A stretch of DNA of 64,000 bases from Bugula neritina (taxonomy: Eukaryota; Animalia; Bryozoa). A program made the position numbers and the translations under genes. The notes below the pieces were generated by a model. It searched no databases. It was not told where the DNA came from and saw only the letters and a program-made list of their open reading frames with translations. Positions 1-12,600 of this stretch are shown here, one piece after another; within the stretch, counting starts at the first letter, position 1; the number at the start of each line of letters is the position of its first letter. The DNA is taken from assembly GCA_964035545.1 (NCBI GenBank), contig OZ037765.1:2666001-2730000 (forward strand). The letters are read 5' to 3'.

Positions 1-1076
1 ATATGTATTGAATGTGAAATACTTTTATGAATTATGAAAATACCAATGTTTAGGGTTATCTTCCCACATCATACTGCACTGTATAAGGACAACTTGTTTA
101 GTTTAATACAGTTATTTATTATCTTGAGCTAGTTAAATGTTTAATACTGCGGTTAATTTCTAACTCGTTTAGCAAAAAGTATTTTTCAAAATGGCTCTAA
201 AATTCATTAAAAACCATCCTCTAAAAATATAGTGATTCATATGCTATTTTTGTCACCTAAAAATCATTAAAGGCATTATGCAATTCTGAAGACATGGAAT
301 TGTATATTGACATCAAATTTGTACAATTATTGGCATTATTATATTATAAGTTAGTGAACACTAAACTCTATCCAAACTATCTAAATGCTTTATTATGTGA
401 TAAGTGAAACATCACATCTTCGATGGTAGAATATCTCCTGGGTGGTAACACCGTTACACACACTTGGCAACAAATTCTACACAGCTTACAAATTTACCGC
501 AAAGTTTGAGAAGATACAGATCAATCAGTATTCAGTATAGCAGCAGTTTAGAATACACGAGGAAGACAATTCCTAATCACATGGAGTTGACATACAATAC
601 CAGCATATATGCATTACTTGCTTCAACATAACACATGACCTAAATGTTTAGAATCTTACAAGTTTCAACTATCACTTAAAATATTGCACTATATTATTAA
701 GGCTACCATCAAAGCTTTCTAGTTTATAAAATGAGAACAGTTGATTTAGATGGTATACTGTAAGAGCAAGTAGTCTACAGTCCAGATCTCTAAAAAACTC
801 CCTGTGGGTTGGTTAAACATAATAATAATACTCTTATATTTTTAAGCAAATTGAAGTTTAACAAACGCAAGTTAACTAGTTAATAGTTATACATAACATT
901 GTTAACATTAACAAACAAAAAAAAGAAAATAAATGAAGAGATTGAAAAACACAAAATTTTGAAATGTAAATTCCTCAACAATTAAACCCTGTCAGGGGGG
1001 GCTAGCATTCAAGACCTAGTGCATGCTAGTACAAATATACAGACAAACAGACAGACAAACAGACATTTAGACTCAC

Positions 1077-1365
1077 CTCCATGGATTTGCTGAGGTCATA
1101 GTGAAAGACTAAGCTGTGAGTCAGAGCTAACCTCTGTGGTTTCATTGGATGACCAGGTCCTAACAGATAATAAAATTCAACTAAATTGTAATTTGGTACT
1201 AAACAGTGCAGTAATTTCTATTCTACAGCTTAGCTTAACTTTAGTCACAAAAACATTTTTAATGTATTTTCTACTAAAAATACATTAAAAAGTTAATTTG
1301 ATTGACTCACCATAATGGAAGTTGCCGACATCAGAGTCATAGAAATAAGCTACTTTTCTGGCCAT
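1077..1365 (-). CDS. HDAC3: Histone deacetylase 3, first two coding exons (1365-1311, 1159-1077); the gene continues past the window start
   Basis: Spliced translation [19 protein letters not shown]|[27 protein letters not shown] matches the HDAC3 N-terminus ([36 protein letters not shown]). GT-AG junctions keep frame. Not in the ORF track. Confidence 0.92.
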
Positions 1366-1899
1366 TTACTATTCTTTATGTTGACTTCTTCCAGAGCTGA
1401 TGACCGATTCACTACCAGGAAATAACGTTGCTAACACTGTAACACAAAAAACACAAATGGTAACCTGGATTTACTTGAGAATAACTGAGTTACTAGCCGA
1501 GTCTTAGTATTTAATTAAGTGTTTCAGATTATCTGAAGGGGAAGCTATTACATTCAATTGTCTCAGTGTGATACGCTAAATATAATTGACAGTTGCAAGG
1601 AATATTACAATAATTCAAATAATGCACTACAGATAACTTTTCAACACTTGGTGGTTTGGCAATCTACAATTTTTCTCTGATTAGTAGAACAAGTGAAAAA
1701 TTTAATAATATAAAACTAAGAGTAATAAAATACTGATTAAACCCTAATCAGTTCATGGAGGTTATATCTAGTCATTCCCAACCCACTGGAAGTACTCAAA
1801 GAGATAACGATGATTCAGAAAAATTTTTAATGGAGTGCCCAAACTTGTAGGTAATTAGAAAAATTAATATTTGGTTACACAGTTGGTGCCACAACCAGA

Positions 1900-3130
1900 A
1901 TCTTTGGTCAATTTCAACTGGTCTGAGTGCTTACTGAGTTAGAATAATAATGTGGTGGTCACTGTTAATTTATGATTTGATACAAATTAATCTCATTACT
2001 AGTGGTGATGATAACTTCACACAACTAGGTAATTTCTTTCTAGCCACCACTTTTTTCAAGCTGAGAAAACTGAAAACCCTAACTCAAAAACTTAATTGCA
2101 TTTGCAGTTGATGAACAAGCTTAAACTACTGGTACTAATACTACCAGTGGATCTGACATGCCATAGGCATATGCAAAATAATTATAGGTATTGGAATTTG
2201 CCATGCCAGATTTAGTGGTACTAGCAGCTTAGTTTCAATAACATTATCACTAAGATTAACTGAAACTCAAACTAATCTACTAAATTTAGAACTAATAATA
2301 GTAATGGGTCATAGTCATACTCATAGCAATGCTACCAGTACCAGTAGACGTAGTTGAGAACTAGAAGTAGGACTATTGTAACTACAGAATGCTATCAAAA
2401 AAAGCCAATAACTTAAACTAATTACTTATAAAGTTAAATTAAAGTAATTAAATGTAACAGCAATGGCCAATACGGATACCAATACTAATAGTAATAGTAA
2501 TACTCATACTGATTGACTGCTGATGCACTAACTCTAAGTGATAAGTCTAACACAAACAGTAGCACTAACAGTTATAGTGTGAGTGATGCTGATGTCATAC
2601 TCGTAGTGATACTCATACTGATAGTGACTACGCTAATCTTACTCGTACACCTGTATTTATATAAGCTTATACTCAACTTATAGTTAGATTCAGTATTCTG
2701 TTGTCGTTGAACTTAAAGTTAATGATTTTGATTTAGTTTTACTTTTTAGTTTTTATCAAATAATTATTTTTTTTTACTAAAAATAAATTACTAAATTAGC
2801 ATTAAAACTAGATTTAGTATAAGTAAATTGTTTACAACTGAAATATAAAAGTAAAACTTGAACAATCATTTAATTTCATGTTGAAATTGTAAAACTAAAA
2901 GCTTTACAATTTCAATTTGAAACTGAAAGTAAAACTTAAACACTAACTCTTAGAGTTACTGTTAGCAACCACTTCAATGCAGTATTTATATCTTAATTTA
3001 TGGTTTGAGTGTTGTAGCATTTTATTCTTAAACTGTTACAAGTCAGCTTTAGTAGCATATTAATATATTTTATTGAAGAAGCTTCAACGCGAATGAGCAT
3101 TATAATTATATAGATTTAGCAAGAAACTTG
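1900..3130. repeat. 6-bp-phased cryptic low-complexity tract in HDAC3 intron 1
   Basis: Examples: atacta atagta atagta atactc atactg (about 2482-2511) and aatttc aatttg aaactg aaagta aaactt (about 2908-2937). No perfect tandem unit. Boundaries approximate. Confidence 0.7.
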
Positions 3131-3159
3131 GTTTTGAAGGGGTGAACTTCGATTTTTAC

Positions 3160-3204
3160 CTCCTCATCGAAGCACACGAGTTCTCCATTATTCGGGTCGG
3201 AAAA
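3160..3204 (-). other. Probable upstream 5'UTR exon of HDAC3, spliced to the acceptor at 1437
   Basis: GC-richer island ending in GAG|GTAAAA. The exon holding the HDAC3 ATG starts at an acceptor (gttacag|TGTTAG, 1436), so an upstream exon or trans-splice is needed. Confidence 0.5.
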
Positions 3205-3639
3205 CTGTATTAGAAAAACTATTGAGTAATAGACAGAAAAATATAGAGAAAACAACTTCTATTTAAAAGAAACCCTTCCAACATAAAACTGAAAATTCAT
3301 TATACAGTTACAGGCACTACATGCTTGCTATTGAGCATAGCCAAGTCTTATTTATTAGCTGTAGGTAAAAGTTATCATTGATTCAGTCATTATTTCGAAG
3401 CAACTTAAAAACTAATGCTTATACTAGGGGGTTGCTAATTATTAAAGAAATTTTAAATACAATCTCTCATGATAAATATATGTATTCGAATTCAAGAAAA
3501 AATTTTCAAGTGAAAAGTGTTAAAATATTATACAATAATGTATAACTCTTTAATAAATGTACAGCTCAATTTACAGAAAGCTAAGAAGTGCATAAAAAAC
3601 AAAATAATTCAAGTAGTAAATTCAGTGTAGAACTTGTGC

Positions 3640-6600
3640 TTAATCACTATCATCCAGTTTGGGTATTTTTGTCTTTTTCCTGCCTTTACTTGAGGATGTT
3701 TCTGTACCACTACTGCTGCTGCTAAAATATTCAATAAAACACTTGTGATACATGACAACTGTTTATACAGGGCCCTATTATTAGCAACTCAACAAACAGA
3801 TATCTACTATCTACTAACCCATCATCTGTAAGCATTGATGCCTGCACTGAACCGTTGATACGAGATCTGGCCGTATTGGCTGCAGATCTCTTGAGTCTGG
3901 AGGTAGCAAGAGAAGTTGTATCCAACACAGTGCTGTCTATTTCCTCAGCGACAGCATCAACATCGCCTGCAGTCTCTTTTGCTGCTGCTTCAACTTCCAC
4001 ATTGTCATCTGCAATACAGGAAACATATTTGTGTGTGTGCGTGAGTGTGTGTGTGCATGTGTGTGAAAATAATATACCCATGTAAGACTGTGTACGAGTA
4101 CATAATAGCTAATAGCTTGATTGCATAAAAGGCAAAGAAAGTCATTTTTTGCTATAATCTGTATTTGCTGGACCAGAAAGAATTACATGTTTGACCAAAA
4201 TGTGTGAAGTCATGATCAATTTTGTGTTGCAGTATATGATACACCTTTGGAAGTGTGTGAGAAAGCTCTATAACAACAGTTAAACTTTAGTCTAGATACT
4301 AATTAGCTTGAATATTTGAAATTAGGACAAAGTTTGTGGCTTCTAGTAGTTACTGGTGGATAAGATGGAGCAATATATAAACTCTAAGTATAAATAAGCC
4401 AAAACATACCATACTTAGACATACATACACTACACACACACTGAATATATTGTACTATGTTTGCATATTACACGAATGAACTCACCTGCAGTACTATCAA
4501 TAGAGACATGTTTTGACTTCAGTTCATCGACCTTCACCTTGAACTTGTCAATACTCTTCAGAGATACCTTGTCTTTTACGACCTGAAAAAACATAGTTTA
4601 GTTAATGGCCAGTAAGTTCATGCTAGCGGAATAGTCTATTAATTAGTTGTCTGTCATCCATAAATGTGTCTACACAATATATTTTCTACAACCAACTAAC
4701 TACCAGCTCAACTATGAATCATTAGAAACGTCTGCTGAGGTAAATAGTATCTGATGAGAAGTTGTCCTATCTACATTTACCTGGTATTACTTAGTTTACC
4801 TTATTCTACTGGCACTTATGTTACCTAATTCTTAGAGTGGCGGAATCTTGCTTGAGCATGACATAACCTTGGATCAAAAAATAAAAATCTCGACAGGAAA
4901 TATGGTCTAGAATTTACCCAGTAAATGCCGTGGGTTTGAATCCCAGTGGTGCCAGTAATAATATCCCAAAAAGCAGCCGATCATAACTGCTCCTGTATAA
5001 AGACATACACTGTTCACTTAACAAAATTGATCACCATCAGTTCCCACAGATGGAGATGTTAACCATACTTGAGTTCACAGTCTAAGCTATTGGGAGGGTG
5101 AAGGGGCGTACCTGAGTGAGTTGTATAGAAAGGTTGCTAAGATCTCTGGCTAATAGCTCGTTATCCTGACTCAGCTGTAGCATTGTGAGAGCCTTAGCAA
5201 GTACGACAACTCCATACATGTTATCTCTCTCGATAATCTCATTACATATCTTCACAGCAAGAGAGTCATGTGACGTCATGCCAGACAGCGCGCTCTGGTC
5301 AGCAACTTTCTTGACCTGCGTGGGATCCGTTAGCTGCACGAGTAGCTCCACGACGTTTGATTCGTCGATGTCAGACAAGGGACTAGTGGCTGGTGCGTCA
5401 AATATCACCTGCAGTGTTGGTATGAAGGCTTCTTCCACTTGCACCTGGTTGTCCCTACAAGAAAGGTGAAGTGACAGTTTGTGTTTATAAGGTGAAGGAC
5501 AAAAATTCCTCCTGGATAAATCAGAATTCGGTTTTCAAGATAATATTGTGACAGAAGCTAGAAACGCCAGAAACACTCACTTTTTTGTTAGACAAATAAA
5601 AATAAAATAAATATAAGAAAATCTAAGTAATCGAAAATATTCTGAATCACTGATCTATTAGATCAAACAATGAAGAAAGTCCCTTTTCATATACTATATA
5701 CAAAGAGCAGACAACTGACAATAGTCAGAGAATACCATTCACAATCTCTCAGTAGTTACCTGCTGCTGAACGCGTATACAGGGAAGAAAACTCCAAGACA
5801 GTGTCTCAGTCTGACATCCTCCTCGGTGACCGGGTTGTACCAGAGAATGATGAGTCGGGAGAGCAGCTTACTCGAGACGATTCTGGTGGTGAGCAGTAGT
5901 TTGGACAGCCCTTCCGCACACAGAGTGCGGATAGTAGAGCTGTCGTCCTCCAGGAAGTTGACGAGCATCTGAATCAGGTCGTTGGCAGATCTATGGATAT
6001 CCAAAACTTCAGCAAAATATATAACATCTGATAGATAACCTCACAGAAACTCAGTGAAACTGCTTAAGAGACCGGGTGTGGCATAGACTTAATCAAAAAA
6101 TGAAATGAAAAACAACCTTGTGAAACTCTTGGTATAATTTACTCTGGGCAAAGCAAAATACAAAGAATAGGAGCAATAAGCTAGCTATCCCAGTATACAT
6201 GGCATGGGCAGAGGTTCAATTTTAGTGCTGAAATCATACCATGGCACTCAACAGTTGATTGTTATAAGCTTGGCTTCTTACAAAAAGAGGCCATAGAAAA
6301 TTGGGTGCAAACCCTTGAAAATTGTCAATTACTACTTGCAATAAATAAAAGGCATTGAAAAACCCAAATGGTCTGATTTTACTACGAGATCAGCACTATA
6401 AATATAATACAATACAATAGTGCAATGTAGAGCGGGATGCAGTAAAAGTAATTCCGCTATTTTCAACTCTTATATAAAAATGCAACACCCAAAACACACA
6501 CAGGGCGAGACACCTGTTGTATAGAACTAACCTGTAGACCTGAGACTCAGTGCTGTCTGTTGACGTATCCCCCTCCTTAGTGAAGACATCATTGTCTGGA

Positions 6601-9600
6601 GGAGGATCCACATCCTCTTTATCTCTTCCCTCTTCTACTTCATCAGAGTTCGGAACGGAGTTGTCTAACTTTTCTGAAGAAAACCAACAGTCAACAGACT
6701 ATAAACTTTATTATGCCTAGTGAGTAGCGGCCCACAAGAGGGGCTTAAGTTTTGAAAAATCAGTTTAACTAACTAGTTTAACTAAAACATTACTTCATGC
6801 ATACAACACTGTTTAGCATACGGTACTGTCTAGCACACAACACTGTATAGCACACAATACTGTTTAGCACACAACAATGTCTAGCAGACGGCACACAGAC
6901 CTGGTTCATCTGATGCGCTGCCAGACTTGGAGTCTTTCTCCTGGAAACATTCTAGCCCGTGAACCATTATGATGTCAAACAGAGATTCAATGGCTGACAC
7001 TTTGATGGCCTCGTCATCCAGTTGACAAATCTGTGAAAATACACAACTAAGAGAATTCCGTGTAAGCTAACAGTTGGTAAACAAGAGGACACAACTCTCA
7101 CAGCGTAAAATAGCGGGCAAAGATTGAAGATCTATACCCTAACCACATCTCAAACAAAAAAACAGACTAGATAGAAAAATGAAAAAGTAAATGAAATTAT
7201 GCTAAGTTCTACTTTTCTAACTGAAAAATTACTGATTGAAACATCAATTTAAAGCCAAATTTCAATCGATAATATACGATATACAAACAGAGAACTCTGT
7301 ATACCCTCCAACAAAGAAGATATAACTACTCAAAGCCACTCGGATTCATTGCACTAAAATAAGAGATGTGAGGTGATGCATAATATCCTAGCTGCTGGAC
7401 AATGAGAAGTAACTTCTCAGCTAATAAAAGTTAATATATTATAAACAAGAGAATAAAAAATTAATCAACATGACACAAATTGATATAAATGAGGAAATTT
7501 TTAAGTAACTTCAATAATTCCAATTTAATAAATTTTGGCAGAACCGAATTAATAAACAATCTTTGCTAATTTACAATACCTGTAAGAAAATTGGTAGGAA
7601 CTTCCTTGCCACCTCCTGGTCACAAAGTGCACAGAGACCGAGAGCTTTGATAGCCTGTTTTCTGATGGCTGGACAGCTGTGTGGTATGGAGGCTATGACA
7701 AGCTCCTCCATATATGATCTTATAGTGTCAGTCATAGTGGACATGTCCCCACTCGTCATCAACTCCACAAATATAGTGAGGCACTTCAGGGTAGTGGCTG
7801 CATCAGTTCGAGTCTGTGAGATATCCATAGAGAACAATATGTGAGTATCCGGCACTACTCTAGTCAGTTATTATACTCAGTGAGTACTACTGTAGTCACA
7901 GTTATACTCACAGAACACAATTGTAGTCACAATTATACTCACTGAGTACTACTCAAGTCACAGTTATACTCAGTGAGTACTACTATAGTCACAGTTATTA
8001 TACTAACTGAGTACTACTGTAGTCATAGTTATACTCAGTGAGTACGACTATGGACACAGTTATTATACTCAGTGTAGTCACAGTTATTATACTCAATGTA
8101 GTCTCAGTTATTATACTCAGTGTAGTCACAGTATACTCACCTCAGCAGGCACAGTCACTGGTTTAGGAGTCATCTCCTCTGTTAGCGCCTTCTTACTCTC
8201 CTCCAGTATCTCTATTTTCTCCTTGACCTGAGCCGCTGTGGCGAAGTCCTGCTGGGCCACCGCCTCCGCCATCAGCTCAGACAACTCGTTGAGATTCATT
8301 CTGACTTTGGCCAACTGAAGATAAGTAAAACGTGTTTATATGATATACTCAGACTATACATGTGTATATACTCAGACTATATACGTCTTTCATATGTATA
8401 TACTCAGACTATACATGTGTCTCATATGTATATACTCAGACTGTACATGTATTACAGACTACAACTCATAGCATGTTATAACAGAGACTAAATAGTTTTT
8501 TTCTAGAAAGAAAAAACAATAAGTTAAACCTATTCTGATTAGGTTTGCTAATAAAATTGCTGCAAACCATATATAAATATCTAAAATGATATATTTATGC
8601 TGAAAAATAACAATAGGACAGTAAAACGTCATTTAATCAAAGGATTGGTATGCTATAAAAATTGAATATATAAAATGATATATATACCATGTATGAAAAA
8701 AACAAAACTGAAAAAATGTTTTATTTTTCTGTTCTGCCTTGTTACACACAGCATACGGATGTGCTGTAGTGCATAATCAACTAGGTAATGAGATTACCTT
8801 CGAATATAAAAGACGACATTTTAATGAAAATTTAACTTGAGCAATCTACAAGACACCAAATTATACAGTCACTTAGGAATGACAACTCCCATTTGAGGGC
8901 AAATACAAACAGGAAATAAATTGGTCACCTTGTATTTGAGTTGATGAAGCGTGTCGGGGTCTACAGATACCTCCTCTGTTACATTGGGCATTTGAATATC
9001 GGAGATGATGGTAGCCACCTCAGCCACCCTCTCCTGAGGCACCCAGAGTACTTGCTCCAGGCAATGCATAAGATGTGGAGCCAGCGATAGACTGAGGTTG
9101 TCATTGCTAAGCAAATTCTTACACAGCGTCAACACGCTGTTCCTAAAATAGTAGCATAGCTTTCTATAGAACACAGGCTAAGTGAATTAACATTACAGTC
9201 AAATGAAACAGTTTCCAGAAAAATTTTATTTCTCAGAATATTTTAATGTTTATTGTTGCAAATCAGCATTCTGTAAGGAGTATAAAATAAAATATACATA
9301 CGAACTACACTACTATAAGTTTAGGATTGAACCTAAACTTTCCTTTCATTGGACACTATTGCAGCTTTATTACGCACAGTCAAAGCTTGCTAAACACCAG
9401 TAACCCACCTGCTAACTAGGAGTAACTCACCTACTAACTGACAGTAACTCACCTAACTAACAGTAACTCACCTACTAACTGACAGTAACTCACCTACTAA
9501 CTGACAGTAAGTCACCTGCTAACTGACAGTAACTCATCTGCTAACTGACAGTAACTCATCTGCTAACTGACAGTAACTCACCTACTAACTGACAGTAACT

Positions 9601-12600
9601 CACCTACTAACTGACAGTAACTCACCTACTAACTGACAGTAACTCACCTAACTGACAGTAACTCACCTACTGACTGACAGTAACTCACCTACTAACTGAC
9701 AGTAACTCACCTACTAACTAACAGTAACTCACCTACTAACTGACAGTAACTAACCTACTAACTGACAGTAACTCACCTACTGACTGACAGTAACTCACCT
9801 ACTAACTGACGGTAACTCACCTACTAACTGACAGTAACTCACCTACTAACTGACAGTAACTCACCTACTGACTGACAGTAACTAACCTACTAACTGACAG
9901 TAACTCACCTACTAACTGACAGTAACTCACCTACTAACTGGGTCAGAGATGTCAAGGTACTGTATGCACTGAATGAGCTGCTGCATAATATACTCGGTAG
10001 TTGCCTTCTCTTCGTACTTAGACTCATCACTAGAGAGCGTAGCGGCTAGCCTGTGAACCAAGAATATATATGTTATATAGGATACTAGAATATATATGTT
10101 ATATAGAATACTAGAATATATATGTTATATAGAATACAAGAATATATATGTTATATAGGACACTAGAATATATATGTTATATAGAATATTAGAATATATA
10201 TGTTATATAGAATAATAGAATATATGTTATATTGAATACAAAAAGATATATGTTATATTGAATACTAGCATATATATGTTATATAGGATACTAGAATATA
10301 TATGTTATATAGAATAATAGAATATATGTTATATTGAATACAAAAAGATATATGTTATATTGAATACTAGCATATATATGTTATATAGGATACTAGAATA
10401 TATATGTTATATAGAATATTAGAATATATATGTTATATAGAATAATAGAATATATGTTATATTGAATACTAGAATATATATGTTATATAGGATACAAAAA
10501 TATATATGTTATATAGGATACTAGAATATATATGTTATATAGGATAGAGGAATATATATGTTATATAGAATACAAGAATATATATGTTATATAGAATACT
10601 AGAATATATATGTTATATAGAATACAAGAATATATATGTTATATAGGATAGAGGAATATATATGTTATATAGAATACTAGAATATATAATAAGTTATAGT
10701 ATATACACAACAGTATATGAAAGTCTGCTTACTTAATACAATATTTGCACAGTATATAACATGAGTGACTTACATTAAACAGTTTTTAATTCAATGGAAA
10801 AGTAAGTAATACTGAGCTGGTTTAGTTTTCACCTTCCAATATGTATGTAAAACATTACATATAATAGCTATGCAGTGACAAAATACAGCGGAATATCACA
10901 AGCAGGGATAACCTACGATGTAATGTAGCTCATAAACAACTTTGCATCGGGGGTTATCTTCTCCAAGTTCTCGAATGAGGATTCCCCGAGTTTGCTAACA
11001 TGTGCCAGCAGCACGCGGTAGTAGAATGCACCTTCACAGGTTAGCTTCTCTTTTATTATCAGATGTCTGCAAGACAGAGAGAGTTGGCGTAGTTTTACTC
11101 ATTGGCAGAGTGACAGAGTGACAGAGTGACAGTGTAACAGAGTAGCAGAGTAACAGTGTAACAGAGTGACAGAGTAACGGAATGACAGAGTAACAGTGAC
11201 TGGGAGAAGATAGTTGAGCAATAGAGTTAGTTATTAGGTGAACTACCAGGTGAACTATCAGGTGAACTATTAGGTGAACTATCAGGTGAACTATTAGGTG
11301 CAAATCAGGTGAACTATTAGGTGCAAATCAGGTAAACTAGCTGAAGGACAGATAAAATTGGTGTTCAAAGCAGGAAGTGTTAGTAAAACTAGGGACATAA
11401 GAATACACTCCGTGAAAAACTGATGTAAAAACACGCTCAATGAAAACTAATAAAAATAAGAGAAAAAGTTAGCTACAAGTTTCATTCATGTTTTTTCACA
11501 ATGATTCCTAACATTCAATTCCAGCCCTTGAAACAGAGAAACTCTTATTAGGGTAAGTAAAACGTTACGTACTTTTCATCGAGTAAGTCGAATCCGTCCA
11601 GTATTTCCTCGACAGAAACCTTAGATATGATGTGATTCACTGACCTCTCACAGATCTCCCCACTGCTCATAGTGTCCAATCCTCCTAAGAGGTCGAGCAC
11701 ATTGGCTTGATAGTGAGTCAGCCATGCCTGGAGCAGCTTGTCAGCGCAGACTTTCTGCACGTTCGCTGTCAAGTGAAGAGTATAGCATAAAAAGAATACA
11801 TACTGCACATGCTATAATATGAAAGGGCAAATGTCACAATTTATAAAGCTGATGTCATAATATAGAGTAGATGCTGCAGTTTATATAGTATATGCTGTAA
11901 TATATAGAGTCTACGTTGTAACACAAAGAGTGTATGCTGTAATATAGAATGCAGCTAGAAGCTATGTATGCCATAGAACTTGCTATGCTGTGCATTTCAC
12001 ACTACAATATCGTACATAACAATATGGTAGATAACATTCTAATACATCTCTCCACTCTTTAGATATGAATTCTACTAAAAAAATTGTATACGTGTAAAAC
12101 TTTCATTAAAATGTTTTGGATCATCTAACAAACAAATATGAAGTAAAATATAATCAACATTTTTTTAGTTCTAGTTTCCTAGTACTAAAATATATAAAAT
12201 GGTAACAAGCCTGGGGAAATTCTAGAACATATTCATAAGACTACCTGATCTATCGGCAAGGCCGTTCTCCAGAAGTGTGAGTCTTTGAGAGATTGAGAGA
12301 GCTTTCACCGAGACCTTCTCCGCTAGCACAGTATACGCCGTTTTACGTATGACCTCATTCACGTCTCTCGTCCTCTCTATCATTCCGAGGAGCGTGCGTT
12401 TGGTCGGGGCAATGCACTTGAGACACTCCACTCGTACTTGCCAGTTGGGGTCCGAGCTCATGAGGAAGAGGAAGGCTGCAAGGAGAGATCATGTTCTAAA
12501 CTAGGAAATGAAAGACATAATAAAACTATACAATATAATAAGCTGAAGCGCCTTATAATATAATATCATGCATTACAACGCATTATAATAGAATGTAGTG

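Noticed and set aside
4925-4990. tRNA or SINE from the B-box-like gggtttgaatccc
   Set aside because: No cloverleaf, A-box or second copy is visible; too weak to call.
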